This document shows positions 22,291 through 34,727 of a stretch of 41,333 nucleotides of DNA, piece after piece. The first letter of the stretch is position 1. The number at the start of each line of letters is the position of its first letter. The stretch is from contig NC_068984.1 of the NCBI RefSeq assembly GCF_001194135.2, forward strand, positions 17,774,705 to 17,816,037. Direction: 5' to 3'. Origin of the DNA: Octopus bimaculoides (taxonomy: Eukaryota). Both the position numbers and the translations under genes were made by a program. The notes beneath the pieces are model-generated. The model saw only the letters and a list, made by a program, of their open reading frames with translations, ran no database searches and had not been told where the DNA came from.

Positions 22291-23857
22291 ACTAGATAAC
22301 TTCCAAGACAAGACTGTTCACTAGAGAGAGGAGCAGTACTGCGGTGGGGGTGGCTTTATGCCAGGTTAAAGCATGATAGAAAGACAGGAATAGGTGTCTT
22401 GTAAGAAATATAGTGCCACCCTTTGTAAAATATTTAGTGTTACCCTTTATGGAGGGGGAGCACTAAGCAGTGATAAGTGAAATTCCAATGTTATCATCAA
22501 TCTGAGTGTGCTTGAAGCACGTTTAAACTGGGGAACAAACTACTCACTGCATTTTGTCATGGATAATATATCTTGCTTGTTGGTAAATGATGTGTATACA
22601 CCTGGATCAGCTTGCAGCTGATCTAGGTGTATACACACCACTTGTCGAACATGCATCAAGCATATTCGGAGTGATAACATTGCAATATCGTGTTCCCCAG
22701 CTGGAAAAGAAAGACTGGGGTGAAGGTATGCCAGAGTATATATGTCTATATGTGTGCATTGGTGCATATGTATGTGAATCCATTTGAATGTTAATATCCC
22801 ATAAATTTCCTCCTCATCACCTAGGTGGAACAGTGATATGATGCTTACATTCCGCAGTGACATTACAGCTTGCCTCTGAAAACTTGTGGAATAAAAAATC
22901 CCTTACCAAAAAAAAAATTAGGTAAGGGTTGGTGACAGGAAGACCGTCCAGCCATATAATCCATGTTAGCACAAGGAAAAAACAGATGCTAGACAAACAA
23001 ACAAGAAAATGCTATGTCTGATTTGTGCAAGATTTGGCTGCCATTTCAACCTTTCCATCAACAACATGGAAGATTTTCCTTACATTAGGCCACTTTTGGA
23101 AAGGCATAGTTAGAACAGTTCTGAGAGCATTAAGCTTCATGAAAAGGAAGACTTAATTAGCTAATGGTCTAATGAGTTCTCAAAGATGCATGATAAAGTG
23201 GCATGAAGATGCATCAAGATATGCTATGCTGTGCTACGACCCCTTTTAATCATTAGCAGGTTTGACAAACGGATATAAAAACATGGCATTGAGGGCAGCT
23301 GTGCTGGTGAAGATGATGATGATGATAATGATGATGTTGATGACAACAACGACGACAATGATGATGTTGATAATGATGATGATGATGATGAAGAGGAGGA
23401 GGAGGAGGAGGAGGAGGGGAGGAGGAGGNNNNNNNNNNNNNNNNNNNNNNNNNNNNNNNNNNNNNNNNNNNNNNNNNNNNNNNNNNNNNNNNNNNNNNNN
23501 NNNNNNNNNNNNNNNNNNNNNNNNNNNNNNNNNNNNNNNNNNNNNNNNNNNNNNNNNNNNNNNNNNNNNNNNNNNNNNNNNNNNNNNNNNNNNNNNNNNN
23601 NNNNNNNNNNNNNNNNNNNNNNNNNNNNNNNNNNNNNNNNNNNNNNNNNNNNNNNNNNNNNNNNNNNNNNNNNNNNNNNNNNNNNNNNNNNNNNNNNNNN
23701 NNNNNNNNNNNNNNNNNNNNNNNNNNNNNNNNNNNNNNNNNNNNNNNNNNNNNNNNNNNNNNNNNNNNNNNNNNNNNNNNNNNNNNNNNNNNNNNNNNNN
23801 NNNNNNNNNNNNNNNNNNNNNNNNNNNNNNNNNNNNNNNNNNNNNNNNNNNNNNNNN

Positions 23858-23897
<40 letters not shown>

Positions 23898-23906
23898 TTT
23901 ATATAT

Positions 23907-23937
<31 letters not shown>

Positions 23938-24019
23938 CATATATATGCATGTATGTGTGTATTTATATATATATATATATATATGTGCATGTGTGCATAT
24001 ATATGTTTATGTATATCTT

Positions 24020-24050
<31 letters not shown>

Positions 24051-24624
24051 ATTAATGTGTAAACTTAATGGACATAAAATGTTCCATTGAGCCTGGTTTC
24101 ATGGGCAAACCCAGTTTGTGAGTCATCATCCATCATTGATTAACACTTTTACATCCACGCCCCTGTTCTTTATGCCTTTCATAAAATATCAGGGGATATG
24201 CAGCATCACAACAGCAACAACAGTAATAACAACAACGATTCTAGAATTTCAAAGAATACTTTTGTATGTTTTGGTGAAATATATTTCTCGATAATTACAC
24301 TCCGAAAATTCATCTGCTAAAATTTTTCCTATTTTAAAACAATATTTTTGGGGTTATTTTAATGTATCCTTGAAACTAAACTAATTCCCTTCACATGCTG
24401 TGTTCGAATTCTATTAGGGTCACAATTACTGTTGTTCCTTCTGAGGGTCATAATATAATACCAGTTATGTATTGGGGTCATTATAACTGACCATTCTTCA
24501 TCCAAAAATTACAGTCACAGCATCTATATAGGAAATCTAGGGGTATTTTCGTTTTCCAATTTTTTTCCCATTGTTTTTATGCTCACTTTTACCATTCCAG
24601 TATTGGTTTAATGAGACATCTTGG

Positions 24625-24760
24625 TTTCATGGTTTGGCACCAGGCTAGCAATTTCGAGGCAGGGGATAAGTCAATTACATCAACCCCAGTACACAACTGA
24701 TACTTATTTTATTGGCCTCGAAAGTATGAAAGTCAACCTCAGCAGAATTTGAAATCAGAA
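24625..24760 (-). mobile_element. SINE family C, partial
   Basis: GTCAATTACATCAACCCCAGT...AGTCAACCTCAGCAGAATTTGAA. Confidence 0.65.
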
Positions 24761-24799
24761 CCAAGCATTGGACCCCAGGGAGGCTAAGTGGTTGAATTT

Positions 24800-25266
24800 C
24801 TTTTGGGCCTCACGGAGGCAATGACCAAGGCCTTTGGCATTATGTCATGCTTGAGAAGAAGACCCATCAAGCTGAGGGGTATCGCAGTCATGGCAGATAC
24901 TGGTGTCATGCAAATGCCCCCCCCCCTGCCTGTGGCACGTAAAAGCACCCATNNNNNNNNNNNNNNNNNNNNNNNNNNNNNNNNNNNNNNNNNNNNNNNN
25001 NNNNNNNNNNNNNNNNNNNNNNNNNNNNNNNNNNNNNNNNNNNNNNNNNNNNNNNNNNNNNNNNNNNNNNNNNNNNNNNNNNNNNNNNNNNNNNNNNNNN
25101 NNNNNNNNNNNNNNNNNNNNNNNNNNNNNNNNNNNNNNNNNNNNNNNNNNNNNNNNNNNNNNNNNNNNNNNNNNNNNNNNNNNNNNNNNNNNNNNNNNNN
25201 NNNNNNNNNNNNNNNNNNNNNNNNNNNNNNNNNNNNNNNNNNNNNNNNNNNNNNNNNNNNNNNNNG

Positions 25267-25334
<68 letters not shown>

Positions 25335-25355
25335 CTGCTGATGATGATGATGATA
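24800..25355 (+). mobile_element. RTE LINE extreme 3' end: last codons, 3' UTR and (GAT)n tail (gap inside)
   Basis: Encodes LGLTEAMTK (RTE C-terminal LGL...MT.DR..W motif), runs into GTGGCACGTAAAAGCACCCA of family B and, after the gap, a (GAT)n tail. Confidence 0.7.
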
Positions 25356-25774
25356 ATGGACATGAGAACAGACAAAATGCAACTAAGCATTTTGCCCAGT
25401 ATGCTAATGGTTCTGTCAGCTGACCACCTTTCTTGAATGAAATTTACAGAGACACTATTCTGCATTCAGGTGCCATTTTTTTTCCATGCCAACTTCTATT
25501 TATTTTCATCTGAGGTACTCCATTGCCTGTCTTTGCATGCTGAACTTCTAGGTTGAAAAATTTTATAACTTTTCATCATTCTTTTGTTCTAATTAATTTA
25601 CCGTTACCAAGACAAGCAGGATTCCATGTACATTTACCTAAAGAGATTATGGACTTCCAGCCAGCATGTCTGAAGAGTTGTCAATTTTGCCAATAGCCAG
25701 CACCAAATTGTTGGTAATATTCTCACCAATTATATGCTATAACCAAGAATATACTGCTTGACAACTATGAATAT

Positions 25775-25809
25775 CTGTCTGTCTGTCTGTCTGTCTGTCT
25801 GCATGCCTG

Positions 25810-25852
<43 letters not shown>

Positions 25853-25888
25853 GTCTGTCTGTCTATCTGTATGTCTANNNNNNNNNNN

Positions 25889-25951
<63 letters not shown>

Positions 25952-26000
25952 GTCTGTCTGTCTATCTGTATGTCTATCTATCTACCTGTCTGTCTATCTA
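25775..26000. repeat. (TCTG)/(TCTA)n tetranucleotide repeat
   Basis: Seen directly. Confidence 0.95.
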
Positions 26001-26008
26001 TCCATTTA

Positions 26009-26042
<34 letters not shown>

Positions 26043-26793
26043 NNNNNNNNNNNNNNNNNNNNNNNNNNNNNNNNNNNNNNNNNNNNNNNNNNNNNNNNNN
26101 NNNNNNNNNNNNNNNNNNNNNNNNNNNNNNNNNNNNNNNNNNNNNNNNNNNNNNNNNNNNNNNNNNNNNNNNNNNNNNNNNNNNNNNNNNNNNNNNNNNN
26201 NNNNNNNNNNNNNNNNNNNNNNNNNNNNNNNNNNNNNNNNNNNNNNNNNNNNNNNNNNNNNNNNNNNNNNNNNNNNNNNNNNNNNNNNNNNNNNNNNNNN
26301 NNNNNNNNNNNNNNNNNNNNNNNNNNNNNNNNNNNNNNNNNNNNNNNNNNNNNNNNNNNNNNNNNNNNNNNNNNNNNNNNNNNNNNNNNNNNNNNNNNNN
26401 NNNNNNNNNNNNNNNNNNNNNNNNNNNNNNNNNNNNNNNNNNNNNNNNNNNNNNNNNNNNNNNNNNNNNNNNNNNNNNNNNNNNNNNNNNNNNNNNNNNN
26501 NNNNNNNNNNNNNNNNNNNNNNNNNNNNNNNNNNNNNNNNNNNNNNNNNNNNNNNNNNNNNNNNNNNNNNNNNNNNNNNNNNNNNNNNNNNNNNNNNNNN
26601 NNNNNNNNNNNNNNNNNNNNNNNNNNNNNNNNNNNNNNNNNNNNNNNNNNNNNNNNNNNNNNNNNNNNNNNNNNNNNNNNNNNNNNNNNNNNNNNNNNNN
26701 NNNNNNNNNNNNNNNNNNNNNNNNNNNNNNNNNNNNNNNNNNNNNNNNNNNNNNNNNNNNNNNNNNNNNNNNNNNNNNNNNNNNNNNNNNNNN

Positions 26794-26832
<39 letters not shown>

Positions 26833-26950
26833 ACCCACATGATTGGGAAGCAAACTGGGGCAAGTGTGGGACTATACTAAAAACCTTATCATTGCAAAAC
26901 AACCTTCTCAACCACACAACAATGCATACATCTATTCAGAAATCAATATT

Positions 26951-27163
26951 CTTTTCTACTCTAGGCACAAGACCCGAAAGTTTTGGGGAAGGGGTCAGTC
27001 GATTAGATCGAACCAGTATGCAACTGGTATTCAATTTATTCACCCTGAAAGGATGAAAGGCAAAGTCAACCTCGATGGAATTTGAACTCAGAATGTAAAG
27101 GCAGACGAAATACTGCTAAGCTTTTTGTCCAGCGTGCTAACGTTTCTGCCATCTCGCTGCCTT
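26951..27163 (-). mobile_element. SINE family C, full length
   Basis: Perfect 18-bp TSD TATTCAGAAATCAATATT at 26933-26950 and 27164-27181. Confidence 0.9.
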
Positions 27164-28145
27164 TATTCAGAAATCAATATTATCAAACCTAAATCTATGA
27201 AGCTGATTTGGAGAAAAGGAGAGAGAAAGACAGAGAGTGGGAGAGAAAGATAAAAAATAACAGAGAGCGAGAGAGGGTGAGAGAGAGAGAGATAGAGAGA
27301 TAGATAGAGAGAGATAGATAGAGAGAGATAGATAGAGAGAGAGATAATATACATGTAGCAGGACTTTAAATGTTGCTTTTGTGACATCGATTGGGAGTTA
27401 GTTGAAGGGTTCTACAGCCATGAAACAAAAGAAATCAGCTTTTTTTCTTGAGTAAAAGATTACAGCACCTTATTGAGTTATTCTCATTGGGATGGACATA
27501 CATTGTACATGGATAGATTGGTATCTTTTGTTGGAAACAGATGCTTAAAAGATTGATTTCCTGAAGCTTTTTGAGTTAAGGAATCATTTCTCTAGCCCGT
27601 TCACATTTATTCAATATTGCGGAACTCAACACAGATATGATACAATACCATGAAAAATAACTGTTCTGCATGATTTTCTTTATAAGTCTAAATATACGCT
27701 TGGAATATTATATCCATCTTAGATCTTAACACATATATTTATCTTGGATTCCACATAAAGGAACTTTTTTTTGTTTTCTTTTTTCATATATTTACTATCA
27801 TTGTTTTACCAGATTTCATTCCAATGAGCAATATGGAAATGAAAAATCTAGCAGTTTCTCACATTGGAATGTAGTCAATTATCTTACTGGGATTGATCCT
27901 GCAGTCTGTCTTAATTTCTCTCATGGAACATTTATATAGTGTCTTCAAAATTTCGTCTTAAGGATAGGGGCCGTCTGTGGTTGCTCATCTTCCTAGAAAT
28001 GGCAACCAAATTTGAAATTATACCCTACTGTTTAACAAAAAGGAGGATACATTTAATATTGTGGTTCCAGATACATGTCTACGAAAAATCAACAGGTTGG
28101 AAAGGCCTACTGTTGTATATTTTTATTAAAGTAACCAGAAGGTGA

Positions 28146-28717
28146 AATCCAAGGCCTCTGCCAGGGGTGTAGCTAGCCCACTTATGCGTTCCTTTCCTTA
28201 TTTGGACACTAAACTCCGCTTGTAAAGACCTGTTGAGGCAAGTGAAATCGAAATCGAACTAAATTCGACGACTGGTACCCATGCCAACGTCGTCTCCTTC
28301 ATTGGACACTAAACTCAGCTTGCGAAGACCTGTTGGGGAAAGTGAAAGCAAAACCGTGATGGCACCTCTGCCCAGCGTCACCTTCCTGGCACTTGTGCTG
28401 GTTGCACATGTAAAGACATTCGAGCGAGGTCATTACCAGTGTCGTTGGACTGGCTCCTGTGTAGGTGGCACGTAAAAAACACCATTTTGAGCATGGCCGT
28501 TGCCAGTACTGCCTAACTGGCCCCCGTGCCAGTGGCATGTAAAAGCACCCACTACACTCTCAGAGTGGTTGGCATTAGGAAGGGCATCCAGCTGTAGAAA
28601 CTCTGCCAAATCAGATTGGAGTCTGGTGTAGCCATCTGGTTTGCCAGTCCTCAGTCAAATCGTCCAACCCATGCTAGCATGAAAGGCGGATGTTAAACGA
28701 TGATGATGATGATGATC
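28146..28717 (+). mobile_element. Family B long copy flanked by an ~82-bp direct repeat
   Basis: Ends ATGTTAAAC(GAT)n; flanks 28065-28145 and 28718-28800 are near-identical. Confidence 0.85.
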
Positions 28718-28817
28718 TTCCAGATACATGTCTACAAAAAAGAGCAACAGGTTGGAAAGGCCTACTGTTGTATATTTTTAATCAACTAACCAGAAGTTGA
28801 AGAATTATGTCCATAAT

Positions 28818-29164
28818 CTCTTTTAATCGAGTAAATCGACCCCAGGACTTATTCTTTGTAAGCCTAGTACTTATTCTATCGGTCTCTTTTGCCAAACCGC
28901 TAGGTTACAGGGACGTATACACACCAGCATCGGTTGTCAAGCAAATGTTGTGGGGGACAAACACAGACACACATACATATGTATAAAAACATATATACGA
29001 CAGGCTTCTCTCAGTTTCCGTCTACCAAATCCACTCACAAGGCTTTGGTCAGCCCGAGGCTATAGTAGAAGACACTTGCCCAAGGTGCCACGCAGTGGGA
29101 TGAGACTGAACCCGGAACCATGTGGTTGGTAAGCAAGCTACTTACCACACAGCTACTCCTGTGC
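28818..29164 (-). mobile_element. SINE family A lacking the distal 3' segment
   Basis: Head at 29164 through GGGGTCGATTTACTCGA. Confidence 0.85.
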
Positions 29165-29534
29165 CTATGTTAACAACATCAGTCCCTGTACTGTCAGAAG
29201 TCCTGTCAAGACCATGAAAACCATGTGAACAGCCGCTTCTTCCAGACGAAACCAATAAAACAAAAGAAGAGGTTATCCCCAGATGTTTTCATCAGAGTGA
29301 ATTCTATAAAAGGCACCTAAGGGCTAGGTAATGTAGGTAACGATTTGAGCAACTGGGGCTTATCTGGGATTAAACAATGAAATGAATACCATTTACGATG
29401 TGGGTGGTGGTGATTGTTTTATATTGACATGCTGATGTCCATCAGAGAAAGACTGTAGTCACTTCATCTCTATAAATAGCACAGAAAACATGAACTTCCT
29501 CAATAGAATGTGTACTGGAGAGTGGATGTGTGCA

Positions 29535-29584
<50 letters not shown>

Positions 29585-29631
29585 AGTGTGTGTGTGAGTG
29601 TGTGTGTGTGTGTGTGTGAGTGTGTGTGTGT

Positions 29632-29797
29632 GAGTGTGCCTGCTCATATGTGCGTGTGGGTGTGTGTGGGTGTGTAAATGTGCCCACTCATATGTGTGAG
29701 TGTGCCCACTCATATGTGTGTGTGTGTGTGTGAGTGTGCCCGCTCATATGTGTGTGTGTGGGTGTGTGTGTTGTGTGAGTGTGCCCACTCATATGTG
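29632..29797. repeat. Minisatellite, 5 units of GAGTGTGCCCACTCATATGT plus (GT)n
   Basis: Units at about 29632, 29677, 29698, 29731 and 29777 following a (GT)n tract. Confidence 0.8.
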
Positions 29798-30115
29798 CGA
29801 GTGTGTTTGTGTGTGTACCAGTGCAAAATTTAAATCTGACATTAAATGTAAACATTTATCCAGACATTTAATCTGATTAGTTCATTTAGTATTTATGAAC
29901 ACACTAAATGTTTCTATTGTTTTGTTGTTATTATTGTTTTTTAACTGTTGGCCAATCCTGGTTAAACAGACCTATGACCAAAGTGATTCTAGCCATGACA
30001 ATCCCATCTTTTTTGCCAGACAACTAGGAATGCCTTATCTAGTATGTCCTTTTCTTTGAAGGATATCAAGATACAATTTGACGGTAATAGCAACCAAATC
30101 TCCCTCAACCATATT

Positions 30116-30490
30116 TTACCCTTTTGTTAAACATATTTCTGTTGAAATACAAAGTAAATGAAAATGAATAGTACAGAAAAAAAAAAAAAACTCATGTGGG
30201 TGTTGTAAAAAATATGTAGCAAAAAGAGATGTAACACGGAAGGTTAACTCTTCAAATTTCTACCGATACTCAGAGATGTTCAATTCAGATTATTAATGTT
30301 ACCAATTAAAATTTGGAGAGATAACCTTTCATGCAGCATCTGTATTGTAGCAATATATTCATTACAGCACTCATAGGTATGTTTTGTTTTTGTACTGTTC
30401 ATTTTGAATTATCCCTTACACTGATTTTGTTTTGATTAATCTTGAAAGTAATGAAGAATTTAGTTAAATAACTTTGTCATTATTAAGCTA
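30116..30490. mobile_element. Interrupted relic of TTAA MITE type 2
   Basis: CCCTTTTGTTAAACATATTTCTGTTGA and GAAGAATTTAGTTAAATAACTTTGTCATTATTAAGCTA match 14881-15110. Confidence 0.5.
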
Positions 30491-30904
30491 TCGTAGGCCT
30501 CCGTCGGTCATGGCTGACCATGGTTGATGTCATCCGTCCGTTGAGTTGTCTATTCAGTTTTTGCAACGCCTCCTGTGGAAAGTACCATCCTAACCCATGC
30601 CAGCATGGAAAAGAGGATGTAAAGAGATGATGATAGCTGTAGTTGTTTGTGAATTAAATGTTAAAGGTGTTTTCTTAGAGTTAAAGTGTTTGTGTGAAAA
30701 GTTTGTTTTCTAAATGGCCATTTATAAATAGAAAAGACGGAAGACTTTAATTTTGCTATAAACAATAAACAGATTTCCATAATTATTTTCCGGTGCTTTT
30801 TTTAGAAAATGTGTGAAGCAAACGATTTATTACAATTGATAAAGTAGATATTGTTTATGCAGAGTGAATTGCTGCTAGTATGGTACAGCCAAGTTAAGAA
30901 GTGG

Positions 30905-31236
30905 AAGATGATGATGATGATGATGAATGATGATGACGACGATGACAACGACGAAGACCATGGTCATGATGACAATGACGATGACAATGACAACAACAAC
31001 AAGAATGACAGCAACAATAGCAGCAAGGATGATGGTGATGATGATGGTGATGATGATGATGATGAGGAGGAGGAGGAGGAGGAGGAACAAGAAGAAGAAG
31101 AAGAAGAAGGGGAGAGGGAGAAGGCAGAGAGGGAGAAGGCAGAGAGGGAGGAAAGAGGGAGGAGGAGGAGGCAGGTAATGACAGCAACAAAGATGGTGAT
31201 GATGATGATGATGATGATGACAATGATGATGAAGAA

Positions 31237-31296
<60 letters not shown>

Positions 31297-31300
31297 ACAA
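30905..31300. repeat. Compound (GAT)/(GAC)/(GAG)/(GAA) repeat
   Basis: Seen directly. Confidence 0.95.
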
Positions 31301-31438
31301 TGACAACTACTAACTGCTTGTGTGCACTGATACCCTATTTCTGTACATGTGTGAGGCACAGATTCTCATGGTGAAGTTCAGGAGAAGATAGAAGAATTGG
31401 AAAAAAGAGGCTGCCACATCTTATTCATTTATTTTATA

Positions 31439-32788
31439 CAGTGCGGGGCAGAGGGGACAGATGTTTTTGAAATGGCTATTACTCAGTCCCCCCCCCCGGG
31501 GGTAGGGACATATATCTGACAGGTACCATTCGGTCTGTGGTATCTTAGCATTTTTTTTTTCTTCTCAAGTGAAGCCATGATGCTGTGGATGATAGAGTAT
31601 TGCGTTTTTGCCTGTGACAGTTACACGAAGAATAACAAGCCTGTTACAGCAGTTCAGTGTGAGTTTCAGCGCCACTTCAACATTCGCCGAAATCAGACTG
31701 TTTCCCTCCATAACACAATCTTATGTTGGGTGAATGCACTTCGTACATGAGGTACACTAAAGAATAAGAGACTGGTGTGGGCTCCACGAATGGTACAGTC
31801 CCCAGAAAATGTGGAACACATCAGACAAGCTTTGCTACAGAGTCTGAATCACTCAGCTCAGAGGCATTCCACTGAACTTGGCATCGGTAATCGATTGGTA
31901 AGGTGTATTTTGTATGAAGACCTGCATTTTCATCTGAACAAATTGGTCTTTGGGCAACGGTTGAAACCATGGGATTATGCACAGCAGCTTAACTTCGCAC
32001 ATCAGATGGAAGCAATTTTTGAGGCAAATGACAACCTCATTTTGTTAATGAGTGATGAAGTTCATTTTCATCTCAATCGCATGGTGAATCAACAGAACTG
32101 TCATTATTGGGCTCTTGAAAATCCAAGAGAACTGCATGAAAAACCACTGCACAGCCCAAAAGGGATGGTCTGGCATGCTGTTGGAAAAGCTGCCATCATT
32201 GGTCCTTTCGTTTTTTGAAGACAATAATGGAAATACTATTACTGTGAACTCAAAGTATTACATCAAGATGATAAACAACTTCTTTGTGCCTGAATTATTA
32301 TGAAAACATATGCCTGTTCAATGTGTGGGGTTTCAGCAAGATGGGGCGATAGCCTACACAGCCAAAGCATCGATGGACATTCTTCACCTTCTCTTTGGTG
32401 ACTGCCTCATTTCCTGGTTTGCTAATATTCCTTCCCCCTCCCCACAGCCCCTTGATTTATCCATGTGTGATTATTTCTTGTGGAGAAACCTCAAGGCATG
32501 TGTGTATGTGCATAAGCCCTATACACTGAACAATTTGAAAGAAATTATTCACATGGAAGTCACCCAAATCAACACAGCAATGCTGGAGTGAGTGGAGGCC
32601 AACTTCCAAGAATGCCTTGAGAAATGCATCAATCCAAACGGACACCACGTGATGAATGTTGTTTTCCACACTTGATTTTGACAAATGCTAATTGAATAAC
32701 AAGATTGGTGTCAATAAAATTTGATTGCAGCTAAAATTAATGACTTTGTGAATTTTTCAAAAACGTCCATCCTCTCTGTTCCACCCTG
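31439..32788 (+). mobile_element. Full-length Tc1/mariner element, DD41D (rosa-like), 1350 bp
   Basis: TA TSDs at 31437-38 and 32789-90; 33-bp TIRs CAGTGCGGGGCAGAGGGGACAGATGTTTTTGAA and CAGGGTGGAACAGAGAGGATGGACGTTTTTGAA (25/33 identical). Confidence 0.92.
31577..32675 (+). pseudogene. Disrupted DD41D-type transposase
   Basis: LMSDEVHFHL..MVNQQNCHYW, FQQDGA, LDLSMCDYFLW; 42 residues between D2 and D3 in this copy; several in-frame stops and frameshifts. Confidence 0.88.
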
Positions 32789-33115
32789 TACTTAGACTCA
32801 AGTGCTCAGGTTTGCAAAACCACCAAGCATCACATTGGCTCCCTTTCTTTTCCTCAAGGAACTTTTATATTAGCCATTATTAAAAAGGGATTCTTGCAAG
32901 TATGAGAGAGTACTCCCAACAAGTTTTGGTCTTATTGGACTTCTTGGCAGAAATTAATTGAAGTAGAACCAAGTTGGAGACATTGAAAATATTAGAGAAG
33001 TTTGTGGAGAAGACAGTAAAATATTTTGGGCTCTGACTCTTCATCAAAATACAGGAGATTGAAGTTATTTTCCTTGCCTGTTCATACAGACTACTGTATA
33101 CGACATCATACAACA

Positions 33116-33117
33116 TA

Positions 33118-33170
<53 letters not shown>

Positions 33171-33295
33171 CCACCATCATTGAATTCTGCTTTCCATGGT
33201 GGCATGGATTGGACAGTTTGAAAACTGGTAAGCTGAGGAGCTGCGCCAGGTCCCAATCTGATTTGGCAAGGTTTCTACAGCTGGATGTCCAAAGA
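33116..33295 (-). mobile_element. Family B 3' end, diverged
   Basis: (CAT)n tail; CCAATCTGATTTGGCAAGGTTTCTACAGCTGGATG. Confidence 0.75.
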
Positions 33296-33415
33296 CTAGG
33301 TGCCACTGTTTTTGAACAGTGTTTGTTTAATTCATTGATTTAGTGACAATTCTGCTTTCCCCCACCAAAAAAAACTACTGAATTTGCACAATAAATAAAA
33401 CACATCAGAAATATG

Positions 33416-33416
<1 letters not shown>

Positions 33417-33510
<94 letters not shown>
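33417..33510. repeat. (CA)n microsatellite
   Basis: Seen directly. Confidence 0.95.
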
Positions 33511-33511
<1 letters not shown>

Positions 33512-33764
33512 CACACATGTAAAGGTACATACATTCTCAAATGCTAGATGAAAACTTTTTAAATATCATAACCATAAATACACTTTTTCATTTTATTTCA
33601 TTTCCTTGGAAAATTTAACGTCTTTCTGCATATAAATGATCTGAAGGATAATTCCTTCTTTTCTTCTAATTAACCAACGTCTATGGAAGGATTGGTTGAA
33701 TAGCAAACACAATACACAATACCTTGTGGTGTTAAATTAGTTGTGTACCTTTACATACTGATTT

Positions 33765-33900
33765 AAAATCCCATTGAGGTTGACTTTGCCTTTCATCATT
33801 CCAGATTCGATGAAATAAAAACCAGTTGAATATTGGGACCAATCTAAATGACAATATCCTTCACACCAATCTCTGACTTTGTTCTTATGCTAAATATCAA
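33765..33900 (+). mobile_element. SINE family C core, old
   Basis: GAGGTTGACTTTGCCTTTCATC core. Confidence 0.55.
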
Positions 33901-34618
33901 TACTGAGTGCCTCTTCCAACTATGTGACATCAATCACAGCCCTCTGAGTAATGTACAAGACTACACAGAGCTTCATATTAGAACTCTAAATCATTTCAGG
34001 ACGATGAACCTTGGTATTTCATTTAATTTCATGATTCTACCAAATTGATAGCATCAGTAACAACAATAACATAACCAACAACAATAAGAATACCCCTTTT
34101 TCTTTTTTTGTCTGAAGGCAATAGAATTTTCATCCAGAAGGGGAATTCATCTCTTATAGAAACCTAATATCATTACTGTCTTAATAGGCCATTATAACTT
34201 GTGGCTAGAAATTATTCCTGAACACAGAATAACATTATTTGAATTTGAGTGAAAATTAATTTCAAAGAAAATTTCCATAGCTGTTGGTCTCAGACTTTAA
34301 TCCAATAAGCTGCTTGGTTCCATCAGTTGTAACAACCATTTTCAGATGTTTCATTTAACTATTGCCTGTATATTTTTGCAATAGAACAAATATAAATTTG
34401 AATAGAAGTAATAAACCATGTATTACTGTTCCATGCTATTATTCTTGTCATACAGAGCCATAAGAAGAGAGAAAGTCAATGGAAATAAAACGCCGATCAA
34501 TAATGAACATGCCACTAAAACAGCTAATTAAATATATTATTTTAATATTTAAAACCTATATTTAGCATGTAGGTATGTGAGTGGGTGTAAGCACGTATGT
34601 ATGAAATATATATATATA

Positions 34619-34727
34619 TCATCATCATCATCATCATCATCCTCACCATCATTTAACGTCTACTTTCCATGCCATCAATAGTTGGATGGTTTGACTGAGG
34701 ACTGGCAAGCTGGTAGGCTGCACCAGG
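34619..34727 (-). mobile_element. Family B 3' end, short
   Basis: (CAT)n-TTTAACGTCTACTTTCCATGCC...GCTGCACCAGGC. Confidence 0.75.

Noticed and set aside
25758-27056. Longest ORFs in the track (up to 432 aa) and other X-rich or homopolymeric ORFs
   Set aside because: They are read-through of N-gaps and microsatellites (YIYI, HTHT, poly-D/M/S) with no coding signal
34461-34536. Possible terminal exon (AIRREKVNGNKTPINNEHATKTAN*)
   Set aside because: Only 24 codons, no homology recognised; chance-level without transcript data
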